Sequence record: MZ443769.1
Length of the DNA stretch: 64,000 bases
Strand: one strand, 5' to 3'
Of this stretch, positions 8,403 to 18,400 are shown piece by piece. The position numbers were made by a program, and so were the translations under genes. The notes beneath the pieces were generated by a model. That model was given only the letters and a program-made list of their open reading frames with translations, did not search any database and was not told the origin of the DNA. Positions within the stretch are counted from its first letter, which is position 1. Every line of letters starts with the position of its first letter.

Positions 8403-10421
8403 TTACCCAAACACGATATTCGTGACAGCAAGATACGTCACATCATTCGAGTCGCCTCGGTCACCTGAGCCATAAGCCATAAGCCAGATTTCTTCGCCTG
8501 CTGGGATGTTTGTATCAAACGTTATGGTCTGCATCTGCGTGTTAGAATAAACACGTTGCGCAGCACCAGCTCCAGCGTATCTCTCATAGATGGACATGTC
8601 ATGCCAGCTACCATTGTTACCGTCGAATGCCCAGTTAAATGTTATGCTCACAATGCGTTTAGTGAAGAAGTTATTGAACTTGAACCAACCGTTAGACCCA
8701 CCCCAGAAGTTCATGTAACTACCATCTTGAACTTTCAGGTTCTCAATACCGCCACTGACTGAACGCCCACCCGTCTGCGTAAACGCATAGCAATACCACG
8801 GGAATGGATCAGAGTCAGGCGGCTGGTCATTACCACCAGCGATTGTTACGCAGCGATAAGGAACAGTGAAGTCACTCACATTGATATGTGGCGGTTGAAT
8901 CGGACAGTAGACATAATACGACCAGTCACAACCGATTGGTGCAGTAACACGCACGTCGATATCAGAACGATAAATATGCTCTGGATATTTCCAGTATTCA
9001 AGCGTTCCTGTCTGACCTGCTGCAACGATAGTAGAATCAAGCAGCGTCATCTGTCTGTCAAACACTTCGAACTTGGTATCGAATGAATTCGCAACGCACA
9101 CAATAAGCTCTGCGCGTATATCTGTCTGAGTGCCTAACGAGAAATTATCTTCTGTGGTTGGGTGACCGGCAGAAGACACGCTATAACTCTGACAAGGATG
9201 ACGGAACTCACGAGCACCACGTTCACCTGGGCAGTACATGCTGTAGAACACAGACGACAACGAACCTGCGTTACCGAAGTCTTTGCTGACAACACGCACC
9301 ATCAGATCACATGCAACGCCCTTCGGGTCGAAGTAGAAGTACAGGAAGTTCTCACCTGTCTTCGCGTCTAACGTGGTAGCGATACGACGTCCTGACTGAT
9401 ACACTTCGATGAAGTCGAATGTTTCCCACGATGTGAAGTCGAGATACATCCAACCTGCTGACCAGCCTACAAAGTGATAGTATTCAAAAGCGTTAGCATT
9501 CTGAATACGTTCCGTGATTGGCCAGACAGAAGCGTGACACGGTGCTGGGAAGATAGGCGTACCGATGTAATCAGGATGAATAACATCAGGGAAGTTAATC
9601 ACGTCATACGCGGCTTGACTATCGAGAGCTAAGCCACCACGGTCAGAAGGTGCAGAGAGACGAGGTGGGAATACCATCAAGCTCCAGCCTGTTGACTGTG
9701 TTGTACGCACACGAATCATGAGACGCATATCAGCAGCATCAGGGTCGAACTGGAATTTGATACGCGAACGTCCAGTAAGTTTGCCACAGGATGAAGCTAC
9801 GCGAACGCCCATGTGATACACATCGACACTCATACCTGCAGGTGCATACGAAGCAAAGATAATCTCTACATAACCTTCAACAGCAGGCATTGCATAGACT
9901 GTCTCTGTAATCGTTGCACCACGTCCGTGAACAGACGCATACGGTAAGTTAGGGTTAGCGTATGTACCTAAGCCTGTACGAGACGCTACACCCACTGGGT
10001 CATACGTCTCAATAGCTTTAATTCCCGGACGGTTTATTGAACGACCAGTCGGAGGTGCAGATGATGTAATGAGACCGAAGCCAGTACGACCAGCATCAGG
10101 TAAGTCGAAGCCCGCAGGATAGCCTTTCAGAATCTCATACTTCTCACGACCACCAGAGCCTATGCCGTTACCGGAGCCTTTAGTTGTTGACGTTGGTCCG
10201 CCGCCACATGCACCGCCATCGAGATTCGAACACGGGTCATCATATGTAGGGTCAAACGAGTCATCAATATCATGCCAGCGTTTACCGTACAAGTTACGCA
10301 CACTGAACTTCTCAGGAGTTAGAGGAGTCCAGTCACCTTCCTTGGTGCGTATGAACATGGGCGTATCGACGCAATCAAGCCAACCGTTATTCGCTGCATT
10401 ACGAATGCGAAAACGAGACAT
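8403..10421 (-). CDS. Multidomain virion or fibre-tip protein with three internal beta-sandwich repeats
   Basis: 672 aa. Three related segments (YVEIIFASY..VDVYHMG, WMYLDFTSW..IEVYQSG, ELIVCVANS..FEVFD), each ending in VRV...W/YSxxxYCP-like motifs. Confidence 0.75.
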   Translation of the reverse strand: MSRFRIRNAANNGWLDCVDTPMFIRTKEGDWTPLTPEKFSVRNLYGKRWHDIDDSFDPTYDDPCSNLDGGACGGGPTSTTKGSGNGIGSGGREKYEILKGYPAGFDLPDAGRTGFGLITSSAPPTGRSINRPGIKAIETYDPVGVASRTGLGTYANPNLPYASVHGRGATITETVYAMPAVEGYVEIIFASYAPAGMSVDVYHMGVRVASSCGKLTGRSRIKFQFDPDAADMRLMIRVRTTQSTGWSLMVFPPRLSAPSDRGGLALDSQAAYDVINFPDVIHPDYIGTPIFPAPCHASVWPITERIQNANAFEYYHFVGWSAGWMYLDFTSWETFDFIEVYQSGRRIATTLDAKTGENFLYFYFDPKGVACDLMVRVVSKDFGNAGSLSSVFYSMYCPGERGAREFRHPCQSYSVSSAGHPTTEDNFSLGTQTDIRAELIVCVANSFDTKFEVFDRQMTLLDSTIVAAGQTGTLEYWKYPEHIYRSDIDVRVTAPIGCDWSYYVYCPIQPPHINVSDFTVPYRCVTIAGGNDQPPDSDPFPWYCYAFTQTGGRSVSGGIENLKVQDGSYMNFWGGSNGWFKFNNFFTKRIVSITFNWAFDGNNGSWHDMSIYERYAGAGAAQRVYSNTQMQTITFDTNIPAGEEIWLMAYGSGDRGDSNDVTYLAVTNIVFG

Positions 10422-10432
10422 GCGTTAGCTCC

Positions 10433-10924
10433 TTATGGCCTCACCCAAATACCGCCAGGTGGAACCTCATTGTCGATAGACGGATCCGTATCTTGAATAT
10501 AGATTGCTACTACACCGGGATTACCCGCAGCGCCAGTAGAACCGGTTGGGCCTGTAGGACCTGCTGGACCACGTAGACCAACATAGCCTTGCTTGCCCGG
10601 CAGACCGTCACCGCCACGAGGGCCGGGACAACCGTCAGTACCACGCTTACCGTTAGTACCCATCAGACCGTCAATACCATCACGACCAGCGCCGCCGTCA
10701 GGACCTACAGGACCATAGCCGATGCTGTGAATAGTAGGCAGTCCACTGATTTGCAACTTGCCGATGGTCGGAATGTTTATTGCGAGTACGCCCGTCTGCT
10801 GATCGAAAGCACCATTAAGCGTACTATCATCTTCGGCTGTGTTTACAGACACACCGCCTTGAGTAGCTACTACAGGACCAGAAGCATTTGTCTTGAGTAG
10901 CGTTATATCAACCTTTTCAACCAC
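10433..10924 (-). CDS. Collagen-like fibre protein
   Basis: About 60 residues of Gly-X-Y. Shared N-domain FDQQTGVL...GLPT and C-terminal IYIQDTDP...GGIWVRP. Confidence 0.85.
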   Translation of the reverse strand: MVEKVDITLLKTNASGPVVATQGGVSVNTAEDDSTLNGAFDQQTGVLAINIPTIGKLQISGLPTIHSIGYGPVGPDGGAGRDGIDGLMGTNGKRGTDGCPGPRGGDGLPGKQGYVGLRGPAGPTGPTGSTGAAGNPGVVAIYIQDTDPSIDNEVPPGGIWVRP

Positions 10925-10933
10925 GTTAACTCC

Positions 10934-11566
10934 TTACGGCCACGTAATGCCTTGGTCTTTAGTAGGGTCGACCCAAAGCGTGCCTGCTGCCACCGCTCCA
11001 GGTTGTGTAGCACTCACGATAATAGCGAGACGACCAGATGGTCCAGCAGGGCCTGTTGCACCAGTAGCACCAGTACCACCAGTTGCGCCGGTAGGGCCTG
11101 TACCGCCACGAGGTCCAGTAGGGCCTGTTGGTCCCATTGGGCCCGGGCCACCTTGAGGGCCTGTAGGTCCGACGTTACCATCACGACCATCACGACCATC
11201 TGGGCCCGGCAAGCCTTGTTCACCATCTGGACCTACAGGACCTGTACAGCCTTCTGAGCCGACGTTACCATCACGACCATCACGACCATCTTTACCGTCA
11301 GCGCCTGTCTCACCGCGTGTGCCGGGACGACCTTCTGGAATATCAGATGATGTAGGGAAGCCTGTAACTTTCACGCTCTGCCCATTAGCGAAACGCAGTG
11401 TCAGTATACCCGACGTAGCATCATACGAAGAATCCGTTGTTACCTCAGAAGGAACATCAGACTCATCCGCACCTACAACGAGCGTACCACCGGAAGCGCG
11501 AACAGGCGTCGGCGTTGAAGTCAATCCCGTTTGAATCAGGGTTGATTTGACTTTAAGCAATGCCAT
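10934..11566 (-). CDS. Collagen-like fibre protein
   Basis: About 100 residues of Gly-X-Y. N-domain YDATSGIL...GFPT and C-terminal IIVSATQP...GTLWVDP. Confidence 0.85.
   Translation of the reverse strand: MALLKVKSTLIQTGLTSTPTPVRASGGTLVVGADESDVPSEVTTDSSYDATSGILTLRFANGQSVKVTGFPTSSDIPEGRPGTRGETGADGKDGRDGRDGNVGSEGCTGPVGPDGEQGLPGPDGRDGRDGNVGPTGPQGGPGPMGPTGPTGPRGGTGPTGATGGTGATGATGPAGPSGRLAIIVSATQPGAVAAGTLWVDPTKDQGITWP
11169..11291. repeat. 33-nt exact direct repeat (11169-11201 and 11259-11291) built on a 9-nt GRD-coding unit
   Basis: CCGACGTTACCATCACGACCATCACGACCATCT occurs twice, 90 nt apart. It encodes [11 protein letters not shown] inside the collagen. Confidence 0.85.
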
Positions 11567-13003
11567 TTAAAGTTTCTCCGCTTTAGCAACGATATCCGTA
11601 TTATGCACGAGTACATCACCAACGAAATAGCAATCGAAAGGCTCAACATCAATGTCCACTGTATCGACAGCTTTGTCTACACGATAGCACTCTGATACTG
11701 AGATAGGTCCTTTGCGCCCGAGAACAGTTTGACCGAGCAGTACATCACGCGCAGGCACATAACGCCATGTCGTATCATACACAAGGACTGGATGCTCATG
11801 CGTAAACTTCTGTCCGTTAATCACATAGTAATGATCTTCACGACCATAACGTAATGCAAGCACAGACGCATAAACTGTTCGGCCTTTCATCGCAGTAACA
11901 GACCAGCCTCTGAAATCTTTAGGCTGATTAGAGTGTGCGAGAATGCTATCGCCAACAGACAGGTCTTTCACATCAACAGGACCGATGACAGTATCGACAG
12001 TTGAGCCGAATACAATACAGCCTGTAGTAGAAGTGTTGACAGGGTTACGTGCAACAACGGTCAGCGCAGAACGAACTGTAGCTGTCGGTCGAGACGTTTG
12101 CCCCATGTCTGTAACGACGCAGGTGATAGTGCCTTTGATTGTTCTATCAGCACCGAGACCCAGACGCAGATAAAAGTTAACGACGCAGGTGGAAGTTTCA
12201 GTGTCTTGAATCGTCACGCCTTCTGTAGTAGTGACAGTCCACTTATACTTATAAGGGCCGACACCACCACGAGCATTGACAGGCAGATACGAAAGCGCTG
12301 TGAATACATCAGAGCCTTGAACAGTACGTGTACCTACCATATAGAGACTAGACACAGATGCAGCAAGCGGTGTTATGATTGGGAGAGGTGGCGCTGGTGT
12401 AACGTTAGCAGTAGGGTACAACCAAGCGAACACACGACCGTCAGTAGGCTGAGTATTCGATTGCACTGCAACAGTCAGAGGCGCTGGGCCTTGAGCACCA
12501 GTAGCGCCACGCACACAGTCGGGGCCAGTATTTCCACGAGGCCCGATAGGACCTGTAGGACCGTCTGGACCAATTGGCCCCGTAGGACCGTCTGGACCAA
12601 CAGGGCCTGTATCGCCATCGGGACCAGTATTACCGTCTCGACCAGCATCCCCTACAGTACCTGTTTGGCCTTTAGACCCAGGCTCACCTTCACAACCATC
12701 TTTACCAGTTTCACCATCACGACCATCACGACCATCACGACCCGTGGATCCGGGAGTGCCTCTCTTGCCAGCCTTCCCTTCACCAAACATCGCAACAGTC
12801 GGCAGTCCGGCGACATTAATCACTTCGCCATTCTGCTTGATGAATACGAGTACACCGTTCTTACTGTCAAACTTCACGCTGGCAAGTTGCGTCATTGTCA
12901 ACGCATCGGACGATTCAAAAGAGAATTGACCATCCTTGCCTACCGCACTTTTGCCTTCATCGTTGGCAGTAGTTTCGATTTGCGAGAGTTTTAACATTGT
13001 CAT
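11567..13003 (-). CDS. Collagen-like fibre protein with Ig-like domain and C-terminal Hint domain
   Basis: N-domain FDSKNGVL...GLPT, about 95 residues of Gly-X-Y, an Ig-like segment ([10 protein letters not shown]...ITCVVTD), then a Hint domain. Confidence 0.88.
   Translation of the reverse strand: MTMLKLSQIETTANDEGKSAVGKDGQFSFESSDALTMTQLASVKFDSKNGVLVFIKQNGEVINVAGLPTVAMFGEGKAGKRGTPGSTGRDGRDGRDGETGKDGCEGEPGSKGQTGTVGDAGRDGNTGPDGDTGPVGPDGPTGPIGPDGPTGPIGPRGNTGPDCVRGATGAQGPAPLTVAVQSNTQPTDGRVFAWLYPTANVTPAPPLPIITPLAASVSSLYMVGTRTVQGSDVFTALSYLPVNARGGVGPYKYKWTVTTTEGVTIQDTETSTCVVNFYLRLGLGADRTIKGTITCVVTDMGQTSRPTATVRSALTVVARNPVNTSTTGCIVFGSTVDTVIGPVDVKDLSVGDSILAHSNQPKDFRGWSVTAMKGRTVYASVLALRYGREDHYYVINGQKFTHEHPVLVYDTTWRYVPARDVLLGQTVLGRKGPISVSECYRVDKAVDTVDIDVEPFDCYFVGDVLVHNTDIVAKAEKL
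11600..12019 (-). other. Hint (intein-like/BIL) domain, 140 aa, no endonuclease
   Basis: Residues 329-468: block A C-IVFGSTV, block B KFTHEHPV (TxxH), block [16 protein letters not shown], block G VLVHN, followed by Thr at +1 and a 10-aa tail. Confidence 0.88.
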
Positions 13004-15327
13004 TTTGGTTCAACCTTAATGCACAAGTTACCAATCAGATTAGAGCCGTAGCTTGTAATCTGTGCGTCAGCGATACGGACTTTCGCAACGATATCAATGA
13101 AGCCTTGTGGCTGGTTTTCTGCGAGGATAACAAACATCTGTGTTGCAGAGACATTTGAATATGCAATCACACCTGTATCAGAACCAGATAACGCATTGAA
13201 ACCAGCAACGCCTGTGCCTTTAAGACCACGACCGTATTCAGCTTCCGACGTGCCTGGAGTTTTGAAACTCAAGACATACTCGATACGTTCTTTACCGCTA
13301 GTTGCAGCAAAGCCCGGACCGAGTTGACACTGGAAGTCTACGGTACACGTCATCATAACACCGTTCTTAAACTCGATGCGTTGCGTGATCGTAAGCTCTT
13401 CCGTGTCAGCCTCTTTACGCTGAATGTTATAGACGTTAGTCGGGTCTGCGTCTTCTTTGAGTGCTGCATCGCTACTGATTTTAATCTCAGGCCATGAGCC
13501 AGTGATCGATATACCTTCACCAGCGATAATCTCAGGCTTAGCGATAGGCACATCAATAGGAGGCAGACCTTGACGCTTGAACATGTATCCTGTTGGCGTA
13601 GGCACAACGTCGATGATAACACCATCAACTGAACTGTCTTTCGAACCAACAGCTTTAATGTTCTCGAAGATTGTCACTTCAACCAGCGTATCAGCAGGTA
13701 CGACAGACGTTTTCTTCAACACGTTGCCAGCGACTGTGAACTCTGAACCGTGAATAGTCAGACCGCCCATGTTCACTACGCAATACGCTTTACCCAGAGG
13801 ACTTGTAGGCAGAATGAAAGTATCTGCATCATAAGGGAAGTTGTATTGAGCAACACGAACGCGAGTAGACCAACCAGCACGTTCTTCATAACGAGCAACG
13901 TAGAAAGTAAACTTCTGACCAGACGGAATAGCCTGAGTCATTGTCACTTTGTTTCCGTTAGCAAGCTTGTAGCTTGTGGACGGCTGCCATGTGTTACCGA
14001 CGACACAGAAGATCATGTCTGCGCTATCGACTGTCTGGTTGCCTAACGTGTAAGTAACGGTCTGGCCATCACCAACACCTTCGACAAGTTCAAACAGAAC
14101 AACGTGGCCTTGAGACGGTTCGATACGGAACTGTCTGAGGTCAAGCGTCAATTGCTGTTCAAGATAAGACGACAGCAGAAGCTGGTCTTCTTGCACGGAA
14201 TAAGCTGTGCGCGGCTGCAAGACGCCACTTGTACCGAGGAACAAATCGGTAGAGCTATCAAGAATCTCTGTGAGCTGATAACGCAGCGTACTCGGCAGAC
14301 CTGTTGTAACAACAGAACTAAACAGCAACTTGCCTGGAGGTACAAACAGACTTGCAGTAGTCTGGCGCGACTGACCGACAGGGCCCCAATAAGGCTTCGT
14401 GTTCTTGCCTCGGAACAATGCCCATGTATCTGGAACATCATTGTTATCAGGCCAAGGCAGACCAGCAGAGGCAACAGTTGGGTTCGTGATTCTGCGCCAC
14501 ACAGCAATAGTGGTCTGTGCGCTAATGAATGGAATGACTGCATCCATATTCACTAACTGACCTGCTGTGTATTTGAAGTGACGACAAGCGCCAGCACCAG
14601 GACCAGCGATAGTTTGAATGATTACTACTTCACCCTCGCTAAGAGAAGTGATAGAGGCAATCTTAAACGTATTCGCGTTGATGAACCCGCTACTGACAGC
14701 GCCGCTGAAAATACGGTCGTGCTCACTGAAAGACCAGTAGTAAGAACCGGCACCGTAACGAGATGCTAGGCCGGGCGACTTACTACCATCAGAGTTGATG
14801 TGCAGGTCTAACACGGACACAGCATTGAATACGTTATCTTTCAATGAAGGTAAATTCGCAAGCGTCGGGATGCTCGGAATAGATGTGTAGTCAGCCATCT
14901 TAACAGCAAGAATCTTTTGAATGTCCTGCTGAATATGGACGAGCAAACTTACACGGCTGATAGAATTCGGTACTGCGATAATCGGTTCAGCGAGAACAAC
15001 GTGACCAAATGGTTGGTTGTCTTCAAGCAGAATCAACAGTTCACCGACACGCTTCAATGACTCACCAGCAGCGTATGGGATCTTAATGTCGAAGATGAAG
15101 CGAGCGCTATTCTCAGTAAGAACCTGCACGTAAGACAATGCGCCGGATGCAAGCTCGTTGCCAAGTAACTGCTCAGGAACCTCAGACGGATTTGAACCGA
15201 CGAAGTCACCTGCTTTGAATGCCACTGGGGTTATTGCAATCCCACCAGCATTAGCGTTAGCAACGGCCTGTTCTCCCTGAGGCGTCAAACGCAGAGCGTC
15301 AACGTAAATGGATTCAGTGGTGGCCAT
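13000..15327 (-). CDS. Baseplate-attached tail fibre or wedge protein (tail-collar fibre-type N-terminus)
   Basis: ATG at 15327 with AAGGAG RBS. N-terminal [12 protein letters not shown]...[10 protein letters not shown]...LLGNE matches the P2 gpH/DUF3751-like baseplate-anchoring domain. Repeated GDGQTVTY-type beta modules follow. Confidence 0.7.
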   Translation of the reverse strand: MATTESIYVDALRLTPQGEQAVANANAGGIAITPVAFKAGDFVGSNPSEVPEQLLGNELASGALSYVQVLTENSARFIFDIKIPYAAGESLKRVGELLILLEDNQPFGHVVLAEPIIAVPNSISRVSLLVHIQQDIQKILAVKMADYTSIPSIPTLANLPSLKDNVFNAVSVLDLHINSDGSKSPGLASRYGAGSYYWSFSEHDRIFSGAVSSGFINANTFKIASITSLSEGEVVIIQTIAGPGAGACRHFKYTAGQLVNMDAVIPFISAQTTIAVWRRITNPTVASAGLPWPDNNDVPDTWALFRGKNTKPYWGPVGQSRQTTASLFVPPGKLLFSSVVTTGLPSTLRYQLTEILDSSTDLFLGTSGVLQPRTAYSVQEDQLLLSSYLEQQLTLDLRQFRIEPSQGHVVLFELVEGVGDGQTVTYTLGNQTVDSADMIFCVVGNTWQPSTSYKLANGNKVTMTQAIPSGQKFTFYVARYEERAGWSTRVRVAQYNFPYDADTFILPTSPLGKAYCVVNMGGLTIHGSEFTVAGNVLKKTSVVPADTLVEVTIFENIKAVGSKDSSVDGVIIDVVPTPTGYMFKRQGLPPIDVPIAKPEIIAGEGISITGSWPEIKISSDAALKEDADPTNVYNIQRKEADTEELTITQRIEFKNGVMMTCTVDFQCQLGPGFAATSGKERIEYVLSFKTPGTSEAEYGRGLKGTGVAGFNALSGSDTGVIAYSNVSATQMFVILAENQPQGFIDIVAKVRIADAQITSYGSNLIGNLCIKVEPK

Positions 15328-15357
15328 CAAAAAACTCCTTGGGGTTTTAACGCTTAT

Positions 15358-15364
15358 AAATTAG
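15358..15364 (-). promoter_or_regulatory. CTAATTT motif (putative late promoter)
   Basis: ACTAATTTAT immediately downstream of a terminator and about 30 nt upstream of the ATG at 15327. Confidence 0.5.
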
Positions 15365-15372
15365 TGAAAGTC

Positions 15373-15410
15373 AAAAGGGAGCCAGGAACATCTAGCTCCA
15401 AGCTCCCTTT
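15373..15410 (-). terminator. Intrinsic terminator
   Basis: AAAGGGAGC...GCUCCCUUUU stem with inner GGAGC/GUUCC pairing, directly after the stop at 15414. Confidence 0.7.
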
Positions 15411-15413
15411 ATT

Positions 15414-18400
15414 TTATTGATAGCGAACAGTGATAACAGCAGAGCCGAAAGCACGAGCATTGGTTCGATAGATCAAGACGTTTTCTGTCAGGTTATCATA
15501 AACCATTTTGCTGACGATAGGTCCTTTCTTACCATTGTCTCCAGTCACAGGCCATTGAGCACCATCGAATGCAAGCCACCCTTTGTTCACGTTACCCTGA
15601 CTATCAGATGCAGCAGCAAACACCGCAGTACCGAAGGACTGTCTGACAACGAAATATCCGTATTCATCAGTCTTAGTCGAGAGAACAAAAGTACCACCAA
15701 CGTTAGAACGTAAACGACTAGGCAGTTGAGCAAGTGCAGCGCTTATCGTAGTCAGACCGAACGGTGCAATACCGAATCGTGGGTATGACGAGAAGGCTTT
15801 CATGAAGTGTGTCTGCGTGAGTCTTTGCTGACCTTCAATATAGAGAACCTTAACACCAAAGTCTGTATCGTTAAGCAACAAACTTATAGCGAGACGTCCA
15901 GTAGAGGAGTTAATCGAGATGCCTTGAACATCTACAACGTCACCCTTACTATTGGTTATCTGCCACAAGCATTTAGCACTCACATCTTCTTTTACGAAGG
16001 TGCCTGTACGACCGAGCATTGCAGCCATTTGCATCGAGCTATCATCACGGACATTTGTGAATCCACCGACTGTTAAGTCCTGTGGGAAACCAATTCCCGG
16101 ACACGTAATCTCTTGAGTCAAGCTGATCGACGTGCGTTGTTCTGTGATGATACATTCTACCTGAACTGACTGTGGGTCTTTCGCTGCTTGGAAACGGAAG
16201 GAACCGTCTTGAGACAGAGAGAAGCCACTGACAGACTTGATTACGTTCCACTGGAATTTAACCGAGTTAGCATCAGGCAGTACGCTCGTACCTTTCTGAC
16301 CAGAACGTCGCGCATAGTTCGCAACAAACTTATAGTCAGTGTTAGGTTCGATATTAGATGCAGGGTTTTCGATGAAGCCGCTGAGAATGGTGTTCTGTGT
16401 ATTCAACTCAACCGTGCGTGATGCAATGATCGTTTCGTCTGCAAGGCTCTGCGGATTCTGTTTAGTGAACACCGCTCTTAGTCCAATAAGACCATCAGAC
16501 AGTTGAGACTGACTAATGAACAGATGACCGTTGAGAGGATCTACTGAAACACCATCGACGTTTGTCTCGTCACCGATAGACCAGATAGCATCGGTAGTAA
16601 CGAGTTCATCATCGGGGTCAATGATAACACGCAACTGGAATGGCACGTACCAGCGACCATTCTCATAACCAATCTCTGGGTTTCTATCAGACACATCCCA
16701 CACAATATCAGGACCGATGATACCGATTGAACGCAGATACGTGTTAGCCTGTACGAGATAGACGAGCAAAGTCTTTTCAATCTGGTACTGGTCACACGTA
16801 AAGCGAGCACGAATCTCGACAGCACCATCAACGTTCTGACTTGGCGTTAGTGTTCCACTCGCATCAATCTCCGCAACACTGTCAGAAGTAGGTACAAGCA
16901 TCTGACTTCCGTTCGGACCTGCTTTCACGTAGTAGTTATTGATGACAGCCCACTCTGAATCCACTTCAAGTTCGAATTGAGTCTTCGGAGTTTCTACATA
17001 ACTTCCATCGAGCGTTTTCGCTACACCACCTGTCTCATACATATTAACCAGTGTATAAGATTCGGAGAGTACATCAGCGCTTATCTGCGTTGCACCCTCA
17101 ATGCGACTATTGATTATGTTGTTCACACTTTCTTTAGGCTGAGGTGTAACGATAAGATCCATCTTGTTGCTGATACGGAAGAAACGCGCTTGCACCTGAG
17201 TGTATGTCACTTCATTGCACTTGCCTGTTTGCAGGATAGCACCATCAAAGTAACTGTTCTCAAGTTGAGTCAGATCACCAATGCTGTTAAACATAGGCAA
17301 GCGTGAGATTTCCATTGCACGGAAGTCTTTGTAGCTGTCAGGTGTACGGCCCTCGACAATCTCAACGATAGCTGTACCGCTATATCGACCAGGAGAGAAC
17401 TGTAGAACCTTGTACTCGTCTGTGTCTTTATCAGCCCAAATACCAGACCACTGTGCAGCAGTCACATACTCCTGAGTACCGTCAACATAAGTTGCAAGCA
17501 GTCGGCAGAACGTGCGCTTCCTGTCAAACATCTCGGTCGGACACTCAATCGTTATTGAATCAACAAGTGAGCGTGAAGGTGTCAGTTGCAGATCACGGTA
17601 GTTCGTTATCGTCGTGCCGTCATAGTCATACGTCATTGAGATACGCGCAGAGCCGTGCAAATCACCTTGGAAATACAGAACGTACTCTTTGAACTTACGT
17701 GCTAACACAGGGTCATACACTTCGTTCGTTGATACGGTTACGTTCAGCGTTACCCAACGAGCGTAGTCAGGATTATCAGGGTCGAACTGCAACGGGTCTT
17801 CACCAGCTTGAACAGCATCTTGCTGGAGTTGAATCGTTCGCGCTCTTGCTTCTTCTTTCGCAGACTGTGAGGGCAGATACTCGACAGTTACAGCAGCCGC
17901 AGCAGCGTACACAAGTCCGTTATTCCACAGACAAGTTGTAGGCAGCATCAGCGTACTGGCGCTACTGATAGAAGGTGCAGAACGCAGATCAACAGAACGA
18001 GGTATCATGATGATATCATCAATCAGGAAGTTCTTGCTGAACGTTTTAGTCTCGGCAACGTCGATATACGCGAAATGCAGAGAGTATAGCACTGCATCAC
18101 CATCCACTAAAGGTGCCGTGAACTGGCCCGTAGATTGCTCAACGGAGGGCAGGGAATGCACATCGTTAGCGTCATCTTGGCTACTAAACCAAATGCCAGA
18201 TACTTCTGTATAAGCGACAATGATCGATGGATCACGCGCTGCAATCTGTGCATCAGTAGCAGAAGCGAGAACATACAGAGCCATTGCTTTAGGTCGAATG
18301 ATATCGCGCTCAACAATGGTGCTTGGGATAACGATATCGACTGTGGCGAGATTGATAGCAGGTGCTTTCATTGTCACTTGCTTCACAGCCTGAACAGGTT

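Noticed and set aside
11600-12019. Mobile homing intein
   Set aside because: Only 140 aa with no LAGLIDADG or HNH insert, and located 10 residues from the C-terminus. Treated as a domesticated Hint domain, not a mobile element.
4780-12780. CRISPR-like or DGR-like repeats
   Set aside because: The repeats are in-frame Gly-X-Y codons with no unique spacers. No cas or reverse transcriptase gene and no adenine-specific template/variable pair was seen.
12098-12994. Long plus-strand ORFs (e.g. 12098-12994, 19931-20662, 31333-31944, 43469-44047, 52640-53314)
   Set aside because: All are antisense to well-supported minus-strand genes, an expected by-product of codon bias. No recognisable motifs.
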